The position numbers and the translations under genes were made by a program. Below are positions 1 to 7,926 of a stretch of 64,000 bases of DNA, in pieces. The notes beneath the pieces are model-generated. The model was not told the DNA's origin. It saw only the letters and a list, made by a program, of their open reading frames with translations, and made no database searches. The stretch is from an uncultured bacterium (lineage in GTDB: Bacteria > Patescibacteriota > Minisyncoccia > Phycocordibacterales > UBA2100): positions 1,059 to 65,058 of the forward strand of contig CAIOKC010000029.1 in assembly GCA_903858755.1 (NCBI GenBank), in the 5' to 3' direction. Position 1 is the stretch's first letter, and each line of letters starts with the position of its first letter.

Positions 1-56
1 TCCGCAAGGCAATCGCGACCAGCAGTGCGTATGGAAACGCACGACTACTGTAATAG

Positions 57-150
57 CATTACACAACATCAAAGCAGTTTCTGAGGTGTCTGACACCTCG
101 TATCATTACACAACATCGAAGCAATTCCTGAGGTGTCTGACACCTCGTAT
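57..150. repeat. Tandem direct repeat, 2 x 47 bp plus a partial third copy, each carrying the palindrome GAGGTGTC-T-GACACCTC
   Basis: cattacacaacatcaaagcagtttctgaggtgtctgacacctcgtat (57-103) repeats as cattacacaacatcgaagcaattcctgaggtgtctgacacctcgtat (104-150), followed by the partial tcacctcgtat. It lies just 3' of the minus-strand speH stop, so it is hairpin-forming, terminator- or REP-like. Confidence 0.6.
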
Positions 151-181
151 TCACCTCGTATTGCACCTGGGAGATGGGGCG

Positions 182-628
182 CTATACGCGGAGTGTGTAG
201 TGGAGGTTGTAGCTTTTTGCTTGGAAGAATTCTTTCGTAAACTCAGCGACTTCGTACGGATTGTAGTACTTGCACGAAAAGACGTCGAGGTAGACGGCAT
301 TCGTGAGATTGGCGTAATGACCGGAGATGAGGGAAGTCTCGATGAGCTGCGTCATCGAGTAGCCCGCGACCCGCTCATCTTCGCCGAAATTGACCACGAC
401 CGTCTCCCCGAAGCGCTTCATGCCGATCCGCTCGCAAAGCTCGTGCACGTGCTGCTTGATTTTCTCCGCGTCGCGGATGAAATCCGGGTTGCAGTCGTGA
501 AGATCAATAGAGGCAAGAAGCCCCCACGCGTTCTCGCGCTCATAATCAGCGCGGATCGCGCTGTCGTCTCTCGATGTTGCTGCGAGGGCGTCAATGTGAG
601 GACCGACTCGCACCGCTGTTGTGTCCAT
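182..628 (-). CDS. speH: S-adenosylmethionine decarboxylase proenzyme, pyruvoyl-dependent class 1b (SpeH/SpeD type)
   Basis: Minus-strand ORF. The plausible start is the internal ATG at 626-628 (MDTTAVRV...), giving ~148 aa. The C-terminal GYSMTQLIETSLISGHY...VYLDVFSCK matches the self-processing/active-site region of small bacterial/archaeal AdoMetDC. The 229-aa extension and the + ORF 86..634 are artefacts. Confidence 0.7.
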   Translation of the reverse strand: MDTTAVRVGPHIDALAATSRDDSAIRADYERENAWGLLASIDLHDCNPDFIRDAEKIKQHVHELCERIGMKRFGETVVVNFGEDERVAGYSMTQLIETSLISGHYANLTNAVYLDVFSCKYYNPYEVAEFTKEFFQAKSYNLHYTLRV

Positions 629-792
629 TTCTGATGTACATGTGATTAATTTCTGACAATTTTTGAATAATACATGTCTCAGCAGGAATGTATACCCTTT
701 TCGCGACACCTGTGCATAACCTCTTCCTGGCAGCGTACTGCCTCTGCCAGCATATGGCATGCGGGCTCTATTTTTGCTACCATCGCCTCTAC

Positions 793-864
793 GCGCGTGT
801 AGTTCAGTGGTAGAACGCTGTCCTGATAAGACAGAGGTCGTAGGTCCGATTCCTACCACGCGCA
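793..864 (+). tRNA. tRNA-Ile (anticodon GAU)
   Basis: Cloverleaf readable: acceptor GCGCGTG/CACGCGC with discriminator A. D arm GTTC-AGTGGTA-GAAC. Anticodon stem CTGTC/GACAG with loop CTGATAA (GAT). T arm GTAGG-TCCGATT-CCTAC. 72 nt, CCA not encoded. The ORF 759..2189 runs through it, so murA must start downstream. Confidence 0.8.
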
Positions 865-884
865 CAAACACGTATAATGCCCTG

Positions 885-2189
885 ATGAATTACAGGGTGG
901 TCGGGGGAACAGCACTTGCAGGCTCGGTGCGGACCAATATCTCGAAAAACGCTGCCGTGGCGCTTCTTGCCGCGTCGCTTCTCAACCGTGGTACGACGAC
1001 CTTGAAGAAAATGCCGCGCATCGAGGAGGTGAAGCGCCTCCTAGAAGTCATGACATCGATCGGCGTCGCAATTGAGTGGAATGAAGATGACGACATCACC
1101 GTGAAGCCGCCTGCTCGATTTGACCTTACAAACATCAACAAAGAATCCGCCGGTAAGACGCGCTCGATTGCGCTTTTCATCGCGCCGCTGGCGCATGCAC
1201 TCGGATCGTTCGATCTGCCCGCCCCGACGGGCTGCGATCTCGGGAAGCGATCGCTCGGACCGCACATCGATGCGCTGCGCAGAGTCGGCGTCGAGGTGAC
1301 CGGCGACGAGGAGACACACACGTATCATGTCGAGGCGCACGATCTGTACCCGGCGGAGGTCATCATGTACGAAGCAAGTAATACCGGCACCGAGAATATC
1401 CTCATGACAGCAGCGCGAATCGAAGGCACGACGACGATAAAATTCGCCAGTGCCGACTACATGGTGCAAGACCTCTGTTTTTTTCTCGAAGAGTGCGGCG
1501 TCAAAATCGATGGCATCGGCACGTCGACGCTCGTCGTGCATGGCAAGAAAGATATCGCACTTGACGTGGTCGGTCATCCGAGCGAGGATCCGATCGAAAG
1601 CATGTTTTTCTTTTCGGTCGCCGCGACGACGGGTTCCCAACTCAGTGTAGAGCGGTGCCCGATCGATATGCTCGAGCTCGAACTTCTCACGCTCGAGAGC
1701 ATGGGTCTCACATATTCACGAGGGCGCAAATATCTCGCGGAAAACGGACGGACCAATCTCGCCGATGTCGTCCTCGAATCTTCGCACTTCATCGCACCGC
1801 CCGAAAAGATCTCGGAGCGACCGTTTCCAGGGATCAACGCCGACAATTTACCTTTTTTCGTCCCCGTGGCCACACAGGCGGAAGGGAAGACACTTGTCCA
1901 TGATTGGATGTATGACGGACGAGCGCATTGGTTTACCGAAATCAACAAGCTCGGCGCCAAAACAACGCTTCTTGATCCGCACCGGGTCGAGATAGAAGGA
2001 CCCACCACGTTGCATGGAGCGGTGATCGATGCGCCGCCCGCGCTTCGCCCTGCGACGATGCTCCTCATCGGCATGCTTGCCGCTGAAGGCGAATCAGTGC
2101 TCCGCAATGTCTATCCGGTCAATCGCGGCTATGCCAATCTAGCGGAACGACTCGCCAAGCTTGGCGCCTCGATAGAGGAAGTGGAATAA
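885..2189 (+). CDS. murA: UDP-N-acetylglucosamine 1-carboxyvinyltransferase
   Basis: Start chosen at ATG 885 (MNYRVVGGTALAGSVRTNISKNAAVALLAASLL...), the canonical MurA N-terminus. Full-length 434 aa with MurA-like inside-out alpha/beta domains throughout. Confidence 0.9.
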   Translation: MNYRVVGGTALAGSVRTNISKNAAVALLAASLLNRGTTTLKKMPRIEEVKRLLEVMTSIGVAIEWNEDDDITVKPPARFDLTNINKESAGKTRSIALFIAPLAHALGSFDLPAPTGCDLGKRSLGPHIDALRRVGVEVTGDEETHTYHVEAHDLYPAEVIMYEASNTGTENILMTAARIEGTTTIKFASADYMVQDLCFFLEECGVKIDGIGTSTLVVHGKKDIALDVVGHPSEDPIESMFFFSVAATTGSQLSVERCPIDMLELELLTLESMGLTYSRGRKYLAENGRTNLADVVLESSHFIAPPEKISERPFPGINADNLPFFVPVATQAEGKTLVHDWMYDGRAHWFTEINKLGAKTTLLDPHRVEIEGPTTLHGAVIDAPPALRPATMLLIGMLAAEGESVLRNVYPVNRGYANLAERLAKLGASIEEVE

Positions 2190-2219
2190 AGTCTGCGGGG
2201 ACTATAGAATGCGCGCACA

Positions 2220-2301
2220 GGGTGCGTGGCGGAATTGGTATACGCGTACGATTCAGAATCGTATCCCGCAAGGGTTGGGAGTTCGAGTCTCCCCGCACCC
2301 A
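2220..2301 (+). tRNA. tRNA-Leu (anticodon CAG), type II with long variable arm
   Basis: Acceptor GGGTGCG/CGCACCC plus discriminator A. Anticodon stem TACGA/TCGTA with loop TTCAGAA (CAG). Long variable arm TCCCGCAAGGGTTG. T arm GGGAG-TTCGAGT-CTCCC. CCA not encoded. The downstream CDS ATG begins 2 nt after the tRNA. Confidence 0.75.
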
Positions 2302-2302
2302 C

Positions 2303-3100
2303 ATGCCATCTTTGGCAACATTGAGAGCGTGGGCTTGGGAGTTTTTTGTATTTGGTATCAAACAAGCGCGGGCGTGTATATTCGCCGGTTCTTTCTTCTT
2401 CCTCCTTTTCATCTCGAAACACTTGCCGCTTGGGGACCTCCCTCGATACGATTTTCTCTTCGTCGCAGCCGTCTTGCTCCAAGTCGTTCTCTACCTCACG
2501 AAAGTCGAGACGTGGGACGAAGTGAAGACGATATTTCTTTTTCACATACTCGGTTTCGCTCTCGAATCTTTCAAGACCCATCCTTCGGTGGGCTCGTGGA
2601 GCTATCCTGAGCCGGGATTTTTCACTATCGGGACAGTGCCGCTCTTCGCTGGATTCATGTATGCGGCTGTCGGGAGCTATCTCGCGCAATCGTGGCGCGT
2701 CATGAAAAACGAATTCGAAGAGTTCCCGCCGTATTCGTGGACGCTCGTGCTTTGTGTCGCGATATATGCCAATTTCTTTGCCAATCATTTCGTTCCAGAT
2801 CTCCGCCTGGTACTCATCCCTGCCGTGTTCTTGCTGTTTGCACGAACGACCGTGTATTTTACCGTCATACAAGAGCGGCGCTCGATGCCGCTCCCTCTCG
2901 CGTTTTGTCTCATCGCATTCTTTATATGGGTGGCGGAGAATATTTCCACATTTTACGGCGCATGGCAGTATCCGGATCAAGTGCATGTCTGGAATGTCGT
3001 GTCGACGGGCAAGATCACTTCGTGGTTTCTCCTCGTCATCATCAGCTTCATCATTGTCGCGTATTTGAAGCACTATAAAAGCTCTCATCCGCAGCAGTAG
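2303..3100 (+). CDS. Polytopic integral membrane protein, DUF817-like
   Basis: Start moved to ATG 2303 (MPSLATL...) because the 5' part of the ORF overlaps tRNA-Leu. ~7 hydrophobic helices. The family assignment is from memory, not a search. Confidence 0.45.
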   Translation: MPSLATLRAWAWEFFVFGIKQARACIFAGSFFFLLFISKHLPLGDLPRYDFLFVAAVLLQVVLYLTKVETWDEVKTIFLFHILGFALESFKTHPSVGSWSYPEPGFFTIGTVPLFAGFMYAAVGSYLAQSWRVMKNEFEEFPPYSWTLVLCVAIYANFFANHFVPDLRLVLIPAVFLLFARTTVYFTVIQERRSMPLPLAFCLIAFFIWVAENISTFYGAWQYPDQVHVWNVVSTGKITSWFLLVIISFIIVAYLKHYKSSHPQQ

Positions 3101-3137
3101 TGCCTCTCCGCCTTGCCGTGCTATCCTCTCCCGACGT

Positions 3138-3848
3138 ATGCGCGTGCGCCCGATCAAGACACGAATCTTTACAGAGGGGGAGGATCTCTTTGCTTTCATC
3201 CGCGCGCATGTCCCAAACATCCAAGACGGCTCGATAGTGGTGATTACGTCGAAGATAGTCGCGCTCGCTGAGGGGCGCACGGCGGTGGTGCGAGACAAAA
3301 AGACAAAGGAGCTTCTGATTCGCTCTGAATCCGAGCTTGCTATACCGACCAAGTGGGTCTGGCTTACGATACGAGACGGATTCGTGATGCCGAATGCGGG
3401 CATCGACGAATCAAATGCGGATGGGAAATACATTCTGCTTCCGAAAGATTCTTTCGCGACCGCCCAAGCGATACGCTCGAGGATTCTGCGGCAGTACAAA
3501 ATCAAGAATGCGGGAGTGCTCATTACCGACAGCCGGACGATGCCGCTGCGCGCCGGCGTGAGCGCAGTCGCACTCGGGTACGCGGGGTTCAAGGGAATCC
3601 GGGATTATCGCGGCAAGCCAGACCTTTTCGGGAAGAAATTCGTCTACTCCCGCACCAATGTCGCCGATGCCCTTGCTGCGGCAGCGATCGTCGAGATGGG
3701 GGAGGGCAGCGAGCAGCAGCCGCTCGCGCTCATTACGAATGCGCCTGTCGAGTTTGCCACTCGAGTCAAGAGAGGAGAGACCGCGATTGATCTGGAGGAT
3801 GATATGTACCGACCCCTCTTTAGAGCAGCTCCGCGAAGAAAGAAATAA
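3138..3848 (+). CDS. CofE-family protein (coenzyme F420-0:L-glutamate ligase-like)
   Basis: 236 aa. TKWVWLTIRDGFVMPNAGIDESNA and later GVLITDSRTMPLRAGVSAVALGYAG resemble the CofE/F420-ligase fold motifs. The substrate in a non-F420 organism is unknown. Confidence 0.55.
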   Translation: MRVRPIKTRIFTEGEDLFAFIRAHVPNIQDGSIVVITSKIVALAEGRTAVVRDKKTKELLIRSESELAIPTKWVWLTIRDGFVMPNAGIDESNADGKYILLPKDSFATAQAIRSRILRQYKIKNAGVLITDSRTMPLRAGVSAVALGYAGFKGIRDYRGKPDLFGKKFVYSRTNVADALAAAAIVEMGEGSEQQPLALITNAPVEFATRVKRGETAIDLEDDMYRPLFRAAPRRKK

Positions 3849-5610
3849 CTGTTTTCCAAAGAGAGTGTAAAAATCCGCTGTTTCCGTTTGAGGTCGGTGT
3901 CGTGCTCGTGCTCTGTGCAGGGGTCGTCTGGACAGGCGCTACGGTCGCGCTTTTGGCGCCGTTCTTTCTCGCTACGACCGCTGCTTGGATGGTCGAGGTT
4001 GCTGTAGTGGTGGCGGCTTGGTTCTCGGTGGGCGCCACTGCTTCGAGAATCTCGGGAGTTGAGCTCGCGGTAGGCGGCGTCGATGTCGCGATAAGGATAG
4101 TAGACGTCGCGGCTTGCGTCGATGTGGATGCCCCGAGCACAAGACCGCTTCCGGCGCTGCCACCCGCAGGCTTTGGAAATGATTGGAGGAGAGAGAGCCA
4201 GTGCCTTCCGAGAGAGGCAGGTATCGCGTACTCGGTCGCCCATGTGCGATTTTGTGCACTTGCGGATACGAGTTCGAGCCCGCCGTCTGACTGCTGGAGT
4301 GATGCGAGGTAGTCGTTGGCAGTGAGACCGTTGGGTGCCCACATATCCGCCGATTCGCCGAATGCAGCGATCGCTTGCAGCGCCCAGCTTGTCGAGAAGC
4401 TGTTGCCCCATCCGCCGTTTGATTGCTGCTCGGCTTTCAGGTATTGCTTCGCTTTCGCCAGTGTCTCTGGTACTCCGCTCACACTCTGTACTTGGGAGAG
4501 CGCTTGCACTCCTGCCGCGGTGATATCGACGCTCGAATCCCACGAGCCGTCCGCCGCTTGTCGGGAAATAATAAACGCAACCGTCTTTTGTATGATATCG
4601 TCGCTCGCGCTGTAGCCCGAGCGCAGAAGCGGAAAAAGCGCGAAGATGTCGTCGTTGTCGAGAGCAGCGTCTCCGATTTGTACGCCGTCGAACGCCGATG
4701 TAATCGGAGCGATGTAATCCACCGGTGTCCCCACGTATGGGTCGATACCGAGCGCGAGGAGCGCCATTGCATGCCGCTGGTAGTCGGTGACGCTGGAGAG
4801 CGCGGGCGCTGCGGTGAGAAGATATGCGCGCAGGTTGGTTTTTGCGCCGCCGGGGTCTGCAGCGGCGAAGGCGAGCGCTGCCCAGTCGGTAAGAAGCGGA
4901 GATTCGAAAGAGCCGTCGGGGCGCTGTACGTTCGCGAGGAACGCGAGCGCAGATTGTACGCTGAGCTGCGAATGAGAGAATCCTCCTCCCCCGCCGGCAG
5001 AAGGAGCAGGCGCTTGCTCTTCGATCTCTTCCGGCTCCTCGGGTGTTTCGAGGAGTCCGACAATGCGCAGCTTCACTGTGGCGCCCTCCTCGCCGTTTAC
5101 AAAGTTCGTGAGCACAAACGAAAGCTCATCGCCTGTCGTGATCGGTATGCATCCGACACCGCAATCGGTGTAGCCGCCATTGAGGTAGACCGCCCAGTAT
5201 GTGTGTTCTTCGAGGAGGTCGTTTATCGTGTTGAGGTACAGGCCGAAGCTCGGATCGTTGATGAATGCAAGATTCTCGATGATGCCCTGATCTTTTGCCT
5301 CTTGGAGGGCGCAGATCGCAAGGTACTTGCTCGCAGAATCTTCTTCCGGGAATGCGTGAGCGATTCCATCGGTGTCGACAACCTCGCAGCTATAGGGGAG
5401 CGTGATCGCAGCGTCGATCGAAAGAGGAGACTCTGCTTCTAGCTCTTCCGTTTCGGATAACGTGCTTGTCGCAAGTGTCTGATCCGTCGGGGCGGTGATC
5501 ACCGGCGGTGTCGTATCGGGTGCGGCTATTTCCTCTTCTGCATAGAGAGGCTGAGTAGAAAGTACGACCGCGAGAGCCGAGGCGAACAGAAGCGCGTGCA
5601 ATTTTTTCAT
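3820..5610 (-). CDS. Secreted DUF4430-like domain + alpha/alpha-toroid (prenyltransferase/terpenoid-cyclase-like repeat) protein, a transcobalamin-like candidate B12-binding protein
   Basis: Start at ATG 5608-5610 (MKKLHALLFASALAVVLSTQPLYA signal peptide). The YLNGGYTDCGVGCIPITTGDELSFVL segment is a DUF4430-type beta module. The repeats QVQSVSGVPETLAKAKQYLKAEQQSNGGWGNSFSTSWALQAIAAFGE form an alpha-toroid. An S/T-rich C-terminal tail follows. It is the second gene downstream of the riboswitch at 6148-6360. Confidence 0.6.
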   Translation of the reverse strand: MKKLHALLFASALAVVLSTQPLYAEEEIAAPDTTPPVITAPTDQTLATSTLSETEELEAESPLSIDAAITLPYSCEVVDTDGIAHAFPEEDSASKYLAICALQEAKDQGIIENLAFINDPSFGLYLNTINDLLEEHTYWAVYLNGGYTDCGVGCIPITTGDELSFVLTNFVNGEEGATVKLRIVGLLETPEEPEEIEEQAPAPSAGGGGGFSHSQLSVQSALAFLANVQRPDGSFESPLLTDWAALAFAAADPGGAKTNLRAYLLTAAPALSSVTDYQRHAMALLALGIDPYVGTPVDYIAPITSAFDGVQIGDAALDNDDIFALFPLLRSGYSASDDIIQKTVAFIISRQAADGSWDSSVDITAAGVQALSQVQSVSGVPETLAKAKQYLKAEQQSNGGWGNSFSTSWALQAIAAFGESADMWAPNGLTANDYLASLQQSDGGLELVSASAQNRTWATEYAIPASLGRHWLSLLQSFPKPAGGSAGSGLVLGASTSTQAATSTILIATSTPPTASSTPEILEAVAPTENQAATTTATSTIQAAVVARKNGAKSATVAPVQTTPAQSTSTTPTSNGNSGFLHSLWKTVISFFAELL

Positions 5611-5633
5611 ACAAGTGAATAGGGTAGTACTGA

Positions 5634-6140
5634 TTAATACTTCTTCTCGTATCTCCACTCGATGGCGTCGCCATCTTCGAGTGTCGTTTGGGAAGCGCCC
5701 GTGTCCGAAGATCTGCCGTTGATGTAGAGAAACCAGTAGAAACCACCACCGTATTTCTTGCCGTTGATAGATTCGACGAAGTACCCGAGCGATGGGTACT
5801 CGCGCCCCTCAAAGGCAAGCTTTCCTGATGCCGCGAGCTTTCGCATGGCGTCGAGCACGGTCGATCCGCTTGGGACGCTTGCGACCGAGCTGATCCCGTC
5901 GATCGAAAGGGCAATGCGGATTGTCGCCCCGGAACCCTCAGGCGCATTCACTACTTGCTGGGGCAGCTGCGCTACTGAAGAGGGTTTGATGTCAACCGGT
6001 TCTTGCGCGTGATCGGTCGTCGACGCAGAAGAGGTTTGCAGCTCTCGTACTGGAGGAGCGCTCTCCCAACCGTGAGGCACGACGAAAATCGCCATCGCGA
6101 GGATCATGATGAAACCGAGAATGATTGAGGATTTTTTCAT
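5634..6140 (-). CDS. Secreted/membrane-anchored DUF4430 domain protein
   Basis: Start at ATG 6138-6140 (MKKSSIILGFIMILAMAIFVV anchor). The C-terminal GYFVESINGKKYGGGFYWFLYINGRSSDTGASQTTLEDGDAIEW is the DUF4430 signature. Immediately downstream of a cobalamin riboswitch. Confidence 0.6.
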   Translation of the reverse strand: MKKSSIILGFIMILAMAIFVVPHGWESAPPVRELQTSSASTTDHAQEPVDIKPSSVAQLPQQVVNAPEGSGATIRIALSIDGISSVASVPSGSTVLDAMRKLAASGKLAFEGREYPSLGYFVESINGKKYGGGFYWFLYINGRSSDTGASQTTLEDGDAIEWRYEKKY

Positions 6141-6147
6141 ACGCACA

Positions 6148-6360
6148 ACGCAAAAATCTCTGCCCGACGCAGAGATTTGTATTCAGCACTGTATGGATTC
6201 AGCGCACACCCTGCTCGGGATAGACAGCTGAAAGAAGATCGGACTCTTCGACTCGCTTCGCTCGCTCAGAGCAAGCTCACTCATCGGAATTACCGTTGCG
6301 GCACAGTGGAGGGATTACACCTCACTTCCAACCCGCTTTTTTCTAGCTTGCGGGTTCCCT
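6148..6360 (-). promoter_or_regulatory. Cobalamin (B12) riboswitch with terminator-type expression platform
   Basis: The minus strand reads AGGGAA...GGTGTAATCCCTCCACTGTGCCGCAACGGTAATTCCG. This matches the conserved cobalamin-riboswitch core as I recall it, without a database search (GGTG..AA..CC and CCACTG..CCGCAACGGTAA, my approximate rendering). It is followed by AAATCTCTGC-GTCGG-GCAGAGATTTTTG (hairpin + U-run) 8 nt before the ATG at 6140. Confidence 0.6.
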
Positions 6361-6484
6361 CGACTCGGAAGTCGCTCGGGACATTCAACCGTGGATGGTG
6401 ATTGTATTCTTCTCATGCCGCTATGCAATGGGGATAACAAATTACAAAATAGTGGGCAAAAAGCACAAGTGCTATAGTGGCTCT

Positions 6485-7816
6485 ATGCAAGGCTCATGCG
6501 CCCCATTTGAGGGCAAGAACATCACGCTCATGGGGCTCGGGCTTTTGGGGCGCGGCGTGGGCGATGCCGAATTCCTCGCCGGATGCGGCGCGCGCGTGCT
6601 CATCACAGACAAAAAGACCGAAGGTGAGCTCGCGGATTCGGTCGCGCGTTTGCAAAAGTATCCAAACATCGAATTCCACCTTGGCGGACATCGCATTCAA
6701 GATTTTACTTCTTGCGACATGGTACTAAAGGCGGCAGGGGTACCGCTCGATTCGCCGGAGATCACCGCGGCGAAAGCAGCGGGCGTGCCTGTCTGTATGT
6801 CGACGGCGCTGTTCGCTGAGTACGCGCGCGAAGCGGGCGCGACGATAGTCGGCATTACGGGTACGCGAGGGAAATCCACCGTCGCGCACATGATTCATCA
6901 CGCGCTTTGCGCGGCAGGCAAGCGCTCTCACCTCGGCGGCAACATCCGCGGTCTCTCGACGCTCGCGATGCTGCCCGAAATACGCAAGGGCGATATATGC
7001 GTGCTCGAACTTGATTCGTGGCAGCTCCAAGGATTCGGCGATCTGCAGATCAGTCCGCACGTCGCTGTCGTTACGAATCTGATGCCGGATCACATGAATT
7101 ACTACCACGGAGACATGCATCGGTATTTTTCCGACAAAGCGAATATCTTCAAGAATCAGAAAGATGGCGACACGCTTATCGTTTGTGATTGTGTGCTCGA
7201 CAAGGTGGCAAAAGCGCACCCGCCTATCGCGCCGAAGACGCCCCCGGCTCTGCCGGAAGAGTGGCAGCTGAAGATCATCGGCGAACACAACGTCAAGAAT
7301 GCGCGGCTTGCCGCGGCGGCTTTGCGTGCGCTCCTGCTCGCGGAGCAGAAGATCCGAAGCGGCATTGAATCATTCGAGCCGGTCGAGGGTCGCCTTCAGT
7401 TGGTCCGCGAAGTGGGTGGTATAAAAATCTACAACGACAACAACGCCACGACGCCGGAGGCTACTATCGCGGCGCTCCGCGCGCTCGATGACGGAAAGAA
7501 AAACACCATCCTCATCATGGGCGGTGCAGACAAGGGGCTTGATATGAGCGAGCTCGTCAAAGAGGCGCAAAGGAGATGCAAGGGCATCGTGCTCCTCGCT
7601 GGCACTGGCACGGATCGCATCAACACCCAGCTCGGGAGTGATATGATATATCATATCACCGAGAACGCAGTGAGAGCTGCTTTTGAGCAAGCCGGGTCGG
7701 GAGATGTCGTGCTCTTTAGCCCCGCATTCGCCTCGTTCGGCATGTTTAAGAATGAATACGACCGCAACGACCGATTCATGGACGCGGTCGCCGCTCTACG
7801 TGTACGATCGCGCTGA
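6485..7816 (+). CDS. murD: UDP-N-acetylmuramoylalanine--D-glutamate ligase
   Basis: Start at ATG 6485 (MQGSCAPFEGKNITLMGLGLLGRG = MurD N-terminal Rossmann). Contains GITGTRGKSTVAHM (P-loop) and a Mur-ligase C-domain. 443 aa. Confidence 0.85.
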   Translation: MQGSCAPFEGKNITLMGLGLLGRGVGDAEFLAGCGARVLITDKKTEGELADSVARLQKYPNIEFHLGGHRIQDFTSCDMVLKAAGVPLDSPEITAAKAAGVPVCMSTALFAEYAREAGATIVGITGTRGKSTVAHMIHHALCAAGKRSHLGGNIRGLSTLAMLPEIRKGDICVLELDSWQLQGFGDLQISPHVAVVTNLMPDHMNYYHGDMHRYFSDKANIFKNQKDGDTLIVCDCVLDKVAKAHPPIAPKTPPALPEEWQLKIIGEHNVKNARLAAAALRALLLAEQKIRSGIESFEPVEGRLQLVREVGGIKIYNDNNATTPEATIAALRALDDGKKNTILIMGGADKGLDMSELVKEAQRRCKGIVLLAGTGTDRINTQLGSDMIYHITENAVRAAFEQAGSGDVVLFSPAFASFGMFKNEYDRNDRFMDAVAALRVRSR

Positions 7817-7926
7817 TTCGTCTGGCAACACGCTGCTGCTTCCCGTGCGTCGTCTTTGGTGGCGCGACGCGCGATCTTTTGCTACCTTGTCGGGAGAGAA
7901 ACTTCACTCACATAAGAGGGTACGAC

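Noticed and set aside
57-150. Possible CRISPR array
   Set aside because: Only two adjacent direct repeats with no spacers between them. There are no cas genes in the window. Treated as a tandem/REP-like repeat.
86-634. 182-aa plus-strand ORF at the window start
   Set aside because: Antisense to the well-supported speH. The translation has no recognisable motifs. The longer 229-aa minus ORF version was also trimmed to the internal ATG.
2129-3592. 487-aa minus-strand ORF spanning the DUF817-like and CofE-like genes
   Set aside because: Antisense to two plus-strand genes with coherent domain signatures. The translation is R/E-rich low complexity.
6395-6484. Longer MurD start at 6395 or 6428
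   Set aside because: The MurD N-terminal Rossmann motif aligns with the ATG at 6485. The upstream extension is Cys/Tyr-rich non-conserved sequence and overlaps the likely promoter/riboswitch-adjacent region.
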